Below, in pieces: positions 35,932 through 43,771 of a DNA stretch of 43,771 nucleotides (the first letter of the stretch is position 1; every line of letters begins with the position of its first letter). The stretch is from Solirubrobacteraceae bacterium (GTDB lineage Bacteria; Actinomycetota; Thermoleophilia; Solirubrobacterales; Solirubrobacteraceae): NCBI GenBank assembly GCA_019683665.1, contig JADGIB010000001.1, positions 1 through 43,771 on the forward strand, written 5' to 3'. Below the pieces are notes generated by a model. The model saw nothing but the letters and a program-made list of their open reading frames with translations, was not told the origin of the DNA and searched no databases. The position numbers were made by a program, and so were the translations under genes.

Positions 35932-37149
35932 GTGGACCTCAACGACACCCCCGAGCAGGCGGCGTTCCGGGCCCGGGTGCGGGCCTGGCTGGAGGAGCAT
36001 CGCGACGAGGCGCCGCCGGCGCGCCTCCCGGAGGGCGGCGACGAGGCCGAGTACCTGGCCGCGCGCCGCGCCTGGCAGGGGAGGCTGGCCGAGGGCGGCC
36101 TGGCCGGCGTCGTCTGGCCCGAGGAGGCCGGCGGCCAGGGCCTGGGGCCGATCGAGCAGGTGATCGTCAACCAGGAGATCAGCCGCGCCGGCGTCCCCGG
36201 GATCCTCGACGTCATCGGCGTCGGGATGCTCGGGCCGACGATCATCGCCCACGGCACCGACGAGCAGAAGGCCCGCTACCTCGGGCCGATGCTCCACGGC
36301 GACGAGGTCTGGTGCCAGCTCTTCTCCGAGCCGGCCGCCGGGTCCGACCTGGCCGGCGTCCAGGCGCGCGCCCGCGCGCAGGCGGACGGCTCCTGGACGC
36401 TGAACGGCCAGAAGGTGTGGACGACGAACGCCCAGTTCGCGAGCTTCGGCCTGCTGCTGGCCCGCACCGACCCCGACGTCCCCAAGCACAAGGGCCTGAC
36501 GATGTTCATCGTCCCGATGGACGCGCCGGGGGTCACCGTCCGTGGGCTGCGCCAGATCTCCGGCGAGGCGGAGTTCAACGAGGTCTTCTTCGACGACGCC
36601 CGCCTCGAGCCCGACGCGGTCGTCGGCGGCGTCGGCAACGGCTGGGGGACGGCGCTGACGACGCTCATGTTCGAGCGGCTGACGATCGGCCTGGGGTCGG
36701 AGGGGCTCGGATACCGGCCCGACCGCTTCGCGGCGCCGATCGCGGCCGACCCGCAGGCCCGCCGCGACCCGGACGTCCGCCGGCGCCTGGGCGAGGTCGC
36801 CGTCGACCTGCTCGCGCTGCGCTTCACCGGCTACCGGACGCTGACCGCGCTGCAGGGCGGCCAGATCCCCGGCCCGGAGTCGGCGCTGGCGAAGGTGACG
36901 ACGGTGAACGCCGCGATCGCCGCCACCGACCTCATCGCCGACGTCCTCGGCCCCGATGCGCTCGAGGACGGCGGCGAGTGGGCGTACGCGATCTCGTTCC
37001 TGCCCGGCCTGAAGTCGGCCGGCGGGACCGAGGAGATCCTGCGCAACACGGTCGGCGAGCGCGTGCTCGGGCTCCCGTCCGAGCCGCGCCTGGACAAGGG
37101 CGTGCCGTTCTCGGAGCTGCGCGCCCGCGAGCGGGAGGTGACGGCGTGA
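35932..37149 (+). CDS. Acyl-CoA dehydrogenase (catalytic subunit type)
   Basis: WCQLFSEPAAGSDLA, NGQKVWTT, FNEVFFDD, GGTEEILRN. Confidence 0.93.
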   Translation: MDLNDTPEQAAFRARVRAWLEEHRDEAPPARLPEGGDEAEYLAARRAWQGRLAEGGLAGVVWPEEAGGQGLGPIEQVIVNQEISRAGVPGILDVIGVGMLGPTIIAHGTDEQKARYLGPMLHGDEVWCQLFSEPAAGSDLAGVQARARAQADGSWTLNGQKVWTTNAQFASFGLLLARTDPDVPKHKGLTMFIVPMDAPGVTVRGLRQISGEAEFNEVFFDDARLEPDAVVGGVGNGWGTALTTLMFERLTIGLGSEGLGYRPDRFAAPIAADPQARRDPDVRRRLGEVAVDLLALRFTGYRTLTALQGGQIPGPESALAKVTTVNAAIAATDLIADVLGPDALEDGGEWAYAISFLPGLKSAGGTEEILRNTVGERVLGLPSEPRLDKGVPFSELRAREREVTA

Positions 37150-38240
37150 ACCTGGCGCTGAGCGACGAGCAGGAGCTGCTGCGCGAGGCCGCCCGCGGGA
37201 CGCTCTCGCGCGTGGCGACGGTCGAGGCGGCGCGCGCGGCGCTCGAGGGCGAGCCGCCGCCCGACCTGTGGCCCGCCGCCTGCGAGGCGGGCTGGACCGG
37301 GCTGCTCGTCTCCGAGGCGCGCGGCGGCGCCGGGCTGGGCCCGTTCGACGCGATGCTCGTCATGGGCGAGTGCGGGCGCGTGCTCGCCGGGGTGCCGCTG
37401 CTCGGCCACCTCCCCGCCTCGTGGCTGCTGGACCGCGGCGGCTGGGACGGCGTCGAGGCGGTCGCGAGCGGCGAGCGGCGGGCCGCGTTCGTCGCCGCGA
37501 TGCCGCCCGGCGACCTCGAGCCGCGCTGGACGTGGGAGCCGCCGCAGGGGAAGGCGCGGGTGCCCGCCGGCGGCGACGCCGCCGCGTGGGTCGTCGACGC
37601 GCCCGGCGCCGACGTCTTCGTCGTCGTCGGCGAGGGCGGCGCGGTGAGCGTCGTCGAGGGCGCGACGGTCGAGGCGGTCACCCGCTACGACGCGACGCGC
37701 CTGCTCGGGCACGTCTCGCTCGCGGGCGCGACGGCCGCGCCCCTCGACGTGAGCCCCGGCGACGCCGCCACCGCCTGGCACCTCGCGCAGGCGCTGCTGG
37801 CGGCCGAGTCGCTGGGCGCGGTCGAGGCGTGCCTGGACCTCGCGGTCGCCTACGCGAAGGAGCGCCACGCGTTCGGCCGCCCGATCGGCTCCTACCAGGC
37901 GATCAAGCACCAGCTCGTCGAGGTCCTGCGGCTGCTGGAGAACGGCCGCTCGCTCCTCTACTACGCGGGCTGGGCGGGCGAGTCGAAGCCCGGCGAGCTC
38001 GCGCTCGCGGCGTCGGCGGCCCGGTCGGCGGCCGGGCGCGCGCTCGACGTCGCCACCCGGGTGTGCATCTCCGTCCACGGCGGCATCGGGGCGACGTGGG
38101 AGCACGACGCGCCGCTGTACTTCCGCCGCGCGCAGCTCTCGCGGCGGCTGCTGGGCGGGACCGGCGCGGCGACCGACCGGGTCGCCGGCGAGGTCATGGC
38201 CGCGCTGCCCGCCTCGCCGCCCGGTAGGGTCCGCCCATGA
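37146..38240 (+). CDS. Acyl-CoA dehydrogenase (short partner subunit type)
   Basis: MNLALSDEQELLRE, YAKERHAFGRPIGSYQAIKH, HGGIGATWEHD. GTGA overlap with the upstream gene. Confidence 0.9.
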   Translation: MNLALSDEQELLREAARGTLSRVATVEAARAALEGEPPPDLWPAACEAGWTGLLVSEARGGAGLGPFDAMLVMGECGRVLAGVPLLGHLPASWLLDRGGWDGVEAVASGERRAAFVAAMPPGDLEPRWTWEPPQGKARVPAGGDAAAWVVDAPGADVFVVVGEGGAVSVVEGATVEAVTRYDATRLLGHVSLAGATAAPLDVSPGDAATAWHLAQALLAAESLGAVEACLDLAVAYAKERHAFGRPIGSYQAIKHQLVEVLRLLENGRSLLYYAGWAGESKPGELALAASAARSAAGRALDVATRVCISVHGGIGATWEHDAPLYFRRAQLSRRLLGGTGAATDRVAGEVMAALPASPPGRVRP

Positions 38241-39538
38241 GCTGCGCCGAGATCGCCGCCCCGCTCGCCGCGCGCATCGACGCGCTCGCCCCCGGCGCCC
38301 GGCGCCTGCGGGTCCGCTTCTGGGACGGCAGCGAGCTGCCCGCCGTCGACGGCGACCCGGCCCATCCCGCGGTGATCCTGCGCTCGCCGCGGGCGCTGGC
38401 CCACGTCGCGTGGCGCCCGGGCGAGCTCGGCATCGCCCGCGCCTGGGTCAGCGGCGAGATCGACGTCGACGGCGACATCGAGGACCTCCTGCGCCTGCGC
38501 ACCCGCTTCGAGGGCCTGCACCTCGGCCCGGGCGAGCTGGCCCTGCTCGTCCGCACGGCGCGGCGCCTGGGCGCGCTGCGCGGCGGCCGGCCGCCGATCC
38601 CGGCGGCCGAGTTCCGCAAGGACGGACGGCTGCACTCGCTGCGCCGCGACCGGGTCGCGATCCGCCACCACTACGACGTCTCCAACGCGTTCTACCGGCT
38701 CGTGCTCGGGCCGACGATGGTCTACTCGTGCGCCTACTTCGCCGACCCGGGCGAGAGCGTCGACGTCGCCCAGGAGCGCAAGCTCGAGCTGATCTGCCGC
38801 AAGCTGCGCCTGGCCGAGGGCGAGCGCTTCCTCGACGTCGGCTGCGGCTGGGGGTCGCTGGTCATCCACGCCGCCCGCGAGCACGGCGTGCGGGCGGTCG
38901 GGGTGACGATCTCCGAGGCGCAGGCCGAGCTGGCGCGCGAGCGCGTCCGCGAGGAGGGCCTGTCGGACCGCGTCGAGATCCGCCTGGCCGACTACCGCGA
39001 GGTCGCCGACGGGCCGTACGACAAGATCGCGTCGGTCGGGATGTACGAGCACGTCGGGCGCGACAAGCTCGGCGAGTACTTCGCGCGCGTGCGCTCGCTC
39101 CTGCGGCCGGGCGGCCTGTTCCTCAACCACGGGATCTCGCGCGTCGCCCCGCACGTGAGGCGCCGGCCCTGGGCGAGCGACGCGACGTTCCTGTCGCGCT
39201 ACGTGTTCCCCGACGGGGAGCTGTCGCTGCTGGGCACGGTCGTCGAGGCGGCCGAGCGCGCCGGCTTCGAGACGCGCGACGACGAGTCCCTGCGCGAGCA
39301 CTACGCGCTGACCCTGCGCGCGTGGGTGCGCAACCTCGCGGCCGGCCGCGAGCGCGCGATCGAGCTGGCGGGCGCCGACCGCGAGCGCGTCTGGCGGCTC
39401 TACATGACCGGGGCGGCGCTCGCGTTCGAGGCGGGCGAGATCGGCGTCCACCAGACGCTGTTCGCCAACCCGGGCGGGCCGCACGGGCTGCCGCTCGTGC
39501 GCACGGGGCTCATGCCCCACGCTTCAGCCTCCCGTTAG
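38237..39538 (+). CDS. cfa: Cyclopropane-fatty-acyl-phospholipid synthase family SAM methyltransferase
   Basis: HHYDVSNAFY, MVYSCAYF, LDVGCGWG, ASVGMYEHVG, YVFPDG, HYALTLRAW. TAGGGT-N6-ATG. Confidence 0.88.
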   Translation: MSCAEIAAPLAARIDALAPGARRLRVRFWDGSELPAVDGDPAHPAVILRSPRALAHVAWRPGELGIARAWVSGEIDVDGDIEDLLRLRTRFEGLHLGPGELALLVRTARRLGALRGGRPPIPAAEFRKDGRLHSLRRDRVAIRHHYDVSNAFYRLVLGPTMVYSCAYFADPGESVDVAQERKLELICRKLRLAEGERFLDVGCGWGSLVIHAAREHGVRAVGVTISEAQAELARERVREEGLSDRVEIRLADYREVADGPYDKIASVGMYEHVGRDKLGEYFARVRSLLRPGGLFLNHGISRVAPHVRRRPWASDATFLSRYVFPDGELSLLGTVVEAAERAGFETRDDESLREHYALTLRAWVRNLAAGRERAIELAGADRERVWRLYMTGAALAFEAGEIGVHQTLFANPGGPHGLPLVRTGLMPHASASR

Positions 39539-39548
39539 GGTTCCCTAA
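39535..39548. promoter_or_regulatory. DtxR/IdeR-like iron box
   Basis: TTAGGG-TT-CCCTAA palindrome (TTAGG-N4-CCTAA), 10 nt upstream of -10 TACGGT (39559-39564). Confidence 0.6.
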
Positions 39549-39571
39549 TCCTCGCTGCTACGGTGCGGGCC

Positions 39572-40009
39572 ATGGTCACCCTCACGCTTGACCTGCGCGC
39601 CTGCTCGCCCGACGAGGGGCGCGCGCTCGTCGCCGGCCTCGGCCTGCGCACCGCGCCGGTCGGGGCCGACTCGTGGTTCCCCGCCCACGCCCCGCTCGAG
39701 GACGAGGCGCTGCGGTCGCTGCTGCTCGCGCGGGTGGCGGCCTGCTCCGGCGCCGCCGACCCCGGGCGCGCCTACCTCGACCACCACGCCGCGCTCGTCG
39801 CCGCCGCGGTCGAGGACGCCGTTGCGCGCCTGCGCGCCGTCCCGCCGCTCCACGACGCGGAGCTGCGCATCGGCCCCCGCGGCCTGCCCGAGGCGATCGC
39901 CCTCGGCGTCGACGGCTGGGTCGCCGGCGCCGACGCCGAGGCGCTGCGCGCGCTCGCGGCCGAGCGCGTGGACGAGCACCTCGCGCCGCTGACCGCGCGC
40001 CTCGGCTGA
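39572..40009 (+). CDS. Hypothetical protein, possibly a truncated FhuF-like ferric reductase domain
   Basis: Leaderless TACGGT-N7-ATG and GC3 bias. RAVP...ALRA...EHLAPLTARL resembles FhuF-like proteins, but the Cys cluster is absent. Confidence 0.55.
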   Translation: MVTLTLDLRACSPDEGRALVAGLGLRTAPVGADSWFPAHAPLEDEALRSLLLARVAACSGAADPGRAYLDHHAALVAAAVEDAVARLRAVPPLHDAELRIGPRGLPEAIALGVDGWVAGADAEALRALAAERVDEHLAPLTARLG

Positions 40010-40023
40010 GGCGGGCGCGACAG

Positions 40024-40096
40024 TGGAGCCAGCCGGGATCGAACCGGCGACCTCCTGCTTGCAAAGCAGGCGCTCTCCCAGCTGAGCTATGGCCCC
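40024..40096 (-). tRNA. tRNA-Ala (TGC)
   Basis: GGGGCCATAGCTCAGCTGGGAGAGCGCCTGCTTTGCAAGCAGGAGGTCGCCGGTTCGATCCCGGCTGGCTCCA: 73 nt, G3-U70, CCA not encoded. TAGACT upstream at 40111-40106. Confidence 0.97.
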
Positions 40097-40201
40097 GCTC
40101 GGCCGAGTCTACCCGCCGCCCGGCGCCGGGACCCGAGCCGACGATCGAGCCGCTCGCGCTGCGGCGGATCATCGCCGCCACCGCCGTGCGCTGAGCACGC
40201 G

Positions 40202-40236
40202 GAGAGGCGCCCCCGCTCATCAGAGGGGCGCCTCTC
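40202..40236. terminator. Strong hairpin, probable terminator of the minus-strand phzF unit
   Basis: GAGAGGCGCCCC-N11-GGGGCGCCTCTC, a perfect 12-bp stem with no U tract. Confidence 0.6.
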
Positions 40237-40370
40237 ACGCGCTTACCTTGGTGCGCGACGCCTGTTCCCCGGGGGCGCCGCGCGGTATGTGGCACTCCCT
40301 TGGTCGGCAGGTCGGCGCCGGTCCTGCATCGGTTTGCGCCGGTTTGGACGGAAGACCGAGGGCGAACGCG

Positions 40371-41222
40371 TCAGAGCGCGACCCGCGACTCGAAGACGAC
40401 GGCCACATCGCCCCCGACGCGGACGTGCTCGCCCTCGACCGCGCAGTCGATCACGCACGTGCGGCGCATCTCGACCCCCTGGACGACCCGCATCCGCTCC
40501 CAGCCGACGCGGGCGTGGAGGTGGGCCATGAGCGGGCCGGCGGCCGAGCCGGTCCCGGGGTCCTCGCGCGGCAGGCCGTCCTGGAGGAAGAACCCGCGGG
40601 CGCGGACCTCGCCGGCGCCGGCGCGGGCGGCGAGGTACACGACCCCCTGGCCGGCCTCGTCCAGGAGCGCCGCCATCCGCGCCGGGTCCGGGCGCACGCG
40701 CCCGAGCGCGGCCGGGTCGGCGATCGGCGCCATGACGTGGGCGAACCCGGTCGACACGACCTGGCAGGGCACGTCGGGGTCGGCGTCGGCGCCGGCGAGG
40801 CCCATCGCCTCGAGGACCCGGCCGGCGTCGAGCTCGGGCCCGAACGAGGCCGGGTCCTGGAGCATCGACGCGTGCCCGCGGGCGCCGTCGAGGCGGACGT
40901 CGATCGCCTGCAGCCCCGGCTGGGTCTGCTGGACGTAGGTCGCCTCCGCCTCCCCGCGCGCGAGCGCGACGGCGACGGCCGTCCCCAGCGACGGGTGCCC
41001 GGCGAACGGCAGCTCGCGGTGCGGCATCCAGATCCGGTTGCGGTAGTCGGCGCCCGCGGCCTCGGGCACCTGCACGAACGTCGTCTCCGACAGGTTCGTC
41101 TCGGCCGCGAAGCGCCCCATCGCGTCCTCGCTGAGCCCGTCGGCGTCGTGGACGACCGCGAGCTGGTTGCCCAGCAGCGGCTCGGCCGTGAAGACGTCCA
41201 GCCAGGTCAGCCGCCGCGGCAC
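40371..41222 (-). CDS. PhzF family isomerase
   Basis: DVFTAEPLLGNQLAVV, ETNLSETTFV, ELPFAGHPSLG, EDPGTGSAAG, QGVEMRR. Confidence 0.92.
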   Translation of the reverse strand: MPRRLTWLDVFTAEPLLGNQLAVVHDADGLSEDAMGRFAAETNLSETTFVQVPEAAGADYRNRIWMPHRELPFAGHPSLGTAVAVALARGEAEATYVQQTQPGLQAIDVRLDGARGHASMLQDPASFGPELDAGRVLEAMGLAGADADPDVPCQVVSTGFAHVMAPIADPAALGRVRPDPARMAALLDEAGQGVVYLAARAGAGEVRARGFFLQDGLPREDPGTGSAAGPLMAHLHARVGWERMRVVQGVEMRRTCVIDCAVEGEHVRVGGDVAVVFESRVAL

Positions 41223-41227
41223 GGCCG

Positions 41228-41785
41228 TCAGCCGTCGAAGTCGAAGTCGCGCGGCGGGCGCTGCTCGAACCAGAGCCGGTCGTGCTCGGGCGTCTCCTGG
41301 AGGAAGTCGGGCGTCTCCTCGAGCACGTCCTCGGGCGCGTCCTCGGCGGGCGGCGGCGGCGCGGCCGGCCGGCGCTGGGCCTCCTCGAGGTCGGCGACGT
41401 CGAACGCGACCGTCGGCTGGTCGAGCTCCGGGCGCGAGGCGGGCGGGGCCTCGGCGGCCGGCTCCGGCTGCGGCTCGGGCGCGGGGGCCGGCTCGGGCGC
41501 GGGCGGCGGCGCCGCGGGCTCGGGCGGCGCGACCGGCGCGTGCGCGGCGGGCTCCGGCGCAGGCTCGGCCCGGCCCCAGTCGAACTCGGGCTCGTGACCG
41601 GCGTGCGGCTGCGGCTCCGGCTCGGCGGGCTCCGGCTCGGGCGGCGGCGTGACCTCCAGCGGCTCGGGCCCCCGGCGCGCCGGGCCGAGCGCCTCCCGCT
41701 CCTGCCGGGCGACCTCGGCCGGGTCGGCGCCGCGGCGCAGCTTCAGCTCGAGGTGCTCGCGGATGGCGTCGTCGAGCAGTCCCAT
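41228..41785 (-). CDS. Hypothetical protein: helical N-terminus, Pro/Glu/Ala-rich disordered linker, acidic-aromatic C-terminus
   Basis: MGLLDDAIREHLELK...(PEPA)n...DVLEETPDFLQETPEHDRLWFEQRPPRDFDFDG. Strong GC3 bias, and it fits between neighbours with 5-8 nt gaps. Confidence 0.78.
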   Translation of the reverse strand: MGLLDDAIREHLELKLRRGADPAEVARQEREALGPARRGPEPLEVTPPPEPEPAEPEPQPHAGHEPEFDWGRAEPAPEPAAHAPVAPPEPAAPPPAPEPAPAPEPQPEPAAEAPPASRPELDQPTVAFDVADLEEAQRRPAAPPPPAEDAPEDVLEETPDFLQETPEHDRLWFEQRPPRDFDFDG

Positions 41786-41793
41786 CGTGAGGC

Positions 41794-43671
41794 CTAGACC
41801 TTACCGTCCGCCCGCACCGTCTTGTTGCGTCCGGCGCGCTTGGCCGCGTAGAGCGCGGCGTCGGCCGCGGCGATGAGCCCGCCCCCGTCCTCCGCGTCGG
41901 CCGGGAGCGACGCCACCCCGAGGCTGGCGGTCACCCGGATCGACCCGGAGCCGTCGAGCAGCGGGATCTCGAGCGCCTCGACCTCCTGGCGCACCCGCTC
42001 GGCGAGCTGGTAGGCGCCCTCGGCGTCGGTCTGCGGGACGACGAGCGCGAGCTCCTCGCCGCCGTAGCGGGCCGGCGCGTCGATCTCGCGCGAGCGGTCG
42101 CGCAGCACCCGCGCGACCTCGGCCAGCACGCGGTCGCCCTGCTGGTGGCCGTGGGTGTCGTTGACGCGCTTGAAGTGGTCGATGTCGAGCATGACGAGGC
42201 TCATCGGCTGCCCGAAGCGGCGGGCGCGCTCGACCTCGGCGACGATCGCCTCCTGGAAGCGGCGGTGGTTGAACAGCCCGGTCAGCTCGTCGGTCACCGC
42301 CTGGCGCTGGACGGCCTCGTGGAGGGCGACGTTCTGGATCGAGACCGAGGCGCTGCCGGCCAGGTAGGAGAGCAGCTCGCGGTCGCGGTCCTCGAACGGG
42401 GCGCCGGCCCGCACGACGGAGAGCATCCCGAGGAGCTCGCCCGGCTCGGTGCCCGAGAGCGCGTGGGCGAGCGCGTGGGCGCCGTCATCGGAGGCCTCGG
42501 CCGCGCCGCCGCCGGCCAGCGCCCCCGCCTCGGCCCGGCGCAGCGTCTCCAGGCGCGCGTCGACCTCGCCGGCGCGCACGACCTCCTGGAGCGGGCGGCC
42601 GGGGGCGGGGCGGGCGTTCGCGCGGCCGCCGTCGGCGCCGAGGCCGTCGACGGCGGTCCGCACGACGATCTCCAGCAGCGCGTCGCGGTCGAGGTTGGAC
42701 GCGAACGTCTCGCCGATGCGCCGCAGCGACGTCTCCAGCCGCGCGCGCTCCTGGCGCAGGTCCTCCAGGCGCGCCGCGAGCTGGTGGGACATCTTGTTGA
42801 ACTCGGCGCCGAGCTCGGCGAACTCGTCGCGGCCGGTCGTCGTGACCTCGGTCGAGAAGTCGCCGGAGGCGATGCGCCGGGCCGCGGCCAGGAACGAGCC
42901 GATCTGGGCCTGCAGCGAGCGGGAGACGGCGACGGCGAAGGTCAGCGCGAGGACGAGGAAGCCGACGAGGATGCCGGCGGCCAGCCAGCGGCTGCGGGTG
43001 ACGGCGCCGGCGCCCGCCTCGTCGACGAAGACGGTGACGGCGACCGTCCGCCCGCCGAACCCGGGCTCGTCGACGGTGACGGCCCGGCGGCTCTCGCCGC
43101 CGACGTCGACGTCGACCGCGGTGCCGGCGGCGGGCACGTCGGCCGGCTCGAGCCCCGCGACGGTCGTGGCCAGGATCCGCCCGCCCGCGGTGACGGCGAC
43201 GTCGGCGCCGGTGGCGGCGCGCAGCTCGCGCGCGTACGCGGCGGCGCCGGTGACCGACACGGCCAGGGTCCCGAACCGCTCGCCGCCGGCGCCGACGAGC
43301 GTGCGCTCGGTCGGGGCGATCGCGTCGGGCGAGCCGGCGGCGAGCTCGACGTCGCCGCCGGTCAGCTCGATCCGCTCGATCTCGCGCGCGGCCAGCAGCG
43401 CCCGGGCGCGGGCCTGCGCGGCGGCCTCGCGCCGGTCGCGCAGGGCGGCGGCCAGGCGCCGGTCGGTGCCGACCGCGGCGACGACCTCGTCGGCCTCCGC
43501 CCGCGCCTCCTCGTAGAGCCGGACGGCCACCCGGCTCGTCACGCGCAGGCCCGCGTCGGCCTTTCCGGTCTCGTTGTCGGAGATGAGCCGGAAGAGCACG
43601 ATCGCGACCGAGAGCATCGGCACGATCACGATCAGGACGAAGAAGAGAGTGAGCCGAGCGCGAAAGCTCAT
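41794..43671 (-). CDS. Membrane diguanylate cyclase (extracellular sensor-HAMP-GAF-GGDEF)
   Basis: Two TM helices, HAMP (RDEFAELGAEFNKM), GAF-like region, TDELTGLFN, DIDHFKRVNDTHGH, I-site REID, A-site RYGGEEL. Confidence 0.9.
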   Translation of the reverse strand: MSFRARLTLFFVLIVIVPMLSVAIVLFRLISDNETGKADAGLRVTSRVAVRLYEEARAEADEVVAAVGTDRRLAAALRDRREAAAQARARALLAAREIERIELTGGDVELAAGSPDAIAPTERTLVGAGGERFGTLAVSVTGAAAYARELRAATGADVAVTAGGRILATTVAGLEPADVPAAGTAVDVDVGGESRRAVTVDEPGFGGRTVAVTVFVDEAGAGAVTRSRWLAAGILVGFLVLALTFAVAVSRSLQAQIGSFLAAARRIASGDFSTEVTTTGRDEFAELGAEFNKMSHQLAARLEDLRQERARLETSLRRIGETFASNLDRDALLEIVVRTAVDGLGADGGRANARPAPGRPLQEVVRAGEVDARLETLRRAEAGALAGGGAAEASDDGAHALAHALSGTEPGELLGMLSVVRAGAPFEDRDRELLSYLAGSASVSIQNVALHEAVQRQAVTDELTGLFNHRRFQEAIVAEVERARRFGQPMSLVMLDIDHFKRVNDTHGHQQGDRVLAEVARVLRDRSREIDAPARYGGEELALVVPQTDAEGAYQLAERVRQEVEALEIPLLDGSGSIRVTASLGVASLPADAEDGGGLIAAADAALYAAKRAGRNKTVRADGKV

Positions 43672-43698
43672 CGATCCCTGGCTACACTAGGCCAGCCC

Positions 43699-43771
43699 GG
43701 GGCTATAGCTCAGCTGGGAGAGCGCCTGGATCGCACCCAGGAGGTCGCCGGTTCGAGTCCGGCTAGCTCCA
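43699..43771 (+). tRNA. tRNA-Ala (CGC)
   Basis: GGGGCTATAGCTCAGCTGGGAGAGCGCCTGGATCGCACCCAGGAGGTCGCCGGTTCGAGTCCGGCTAGCTCCA: G3-U70, anticodon loop ATCGCAC. TACACT -10 at 43683-43688. Confidence 0.95.

Noticed and set aside
40214-40224. CTGATGAG on the minus strand, resembling a hammerhead ribozyme core
   Set aside because: It sits in the loop of a simple hairpin, with no downstream GAAA or three-stem junction.
40310-40350. GCAAAC motifs on the minus strand resembling a c-di-GMP-I riboswitch
   Set aside because: The GNRA tetraloop/receptor and P1-P2 arrangement are missing, and the site is not upstream of a clear gene.
40371-41222. phzF as evidence of phenazine biosynthesis
   Set aside because: No other phz genes are present, and stand-alone PhzF-family isomerases are widespread.
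41440-41660. Short GGCTC(C/G)GGC-type tandem repeats
   Set aside because: They simply encode the PEPA-rich linker and are not a CRISPR array or a DNA-level repeat system.

Overview
Very GC-rich actinobacterial DNA, most likely Thermoleophilia/Solirubrobacterales. This is inferred from the near-exclusive G/C third codon positions, many leaderless TAnnnT-N6-8-start promoters and lineage-typical hypothetical proteins. Bases 1-12,053 are an accessory catabolic island. Its plus-strand arm encodes hydantoinase/oxoprolinase A (partial) and B, an IacB-like protein (a family known from indole-3-acetate catabolism clusters) and a CaiC-like acyl-CoA ligase. This arm converges on a broken thiolase/SDR gene and a fully coupled 8-gene minus-strand operon (Ldh_2, SDR, FAD monooxygenase, two cupins, Rid, FAH, GntR), with a divergent ACMSD-like amidohydrolase. 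The island is the best candidate for an undescribed system: a possible indole/auxin or aminoaromatic-lactam degradation pathway mixing aerobic iac-type and anaerobic iaa-type parts. The rest is mostly core genome: rlmD, argF, an MFS transporter, TPP riboswitch-thiOSG-snoaL, thiE, lpdA, a PAS-GGDEF-EAL protein, an rlmA-like gene, 2-oxoacid dehydrogenase E1a/E1b/E2, MOSC, lipB, a DUF4394-like secreted protein, lipA, a catalytically dead rhomboid, a DD-carboxypeptidase, an acyl-CoA dehydrogenase pair, cfa, a FhuF-like gene behind a DtxR/IdeR-like box, phzF, a diguanylate cyclase and two tRNA-Ala genes. No CRISPR array, transposase or integrase was seen. All family calls come from reading motifs by eye; no database searches were run.
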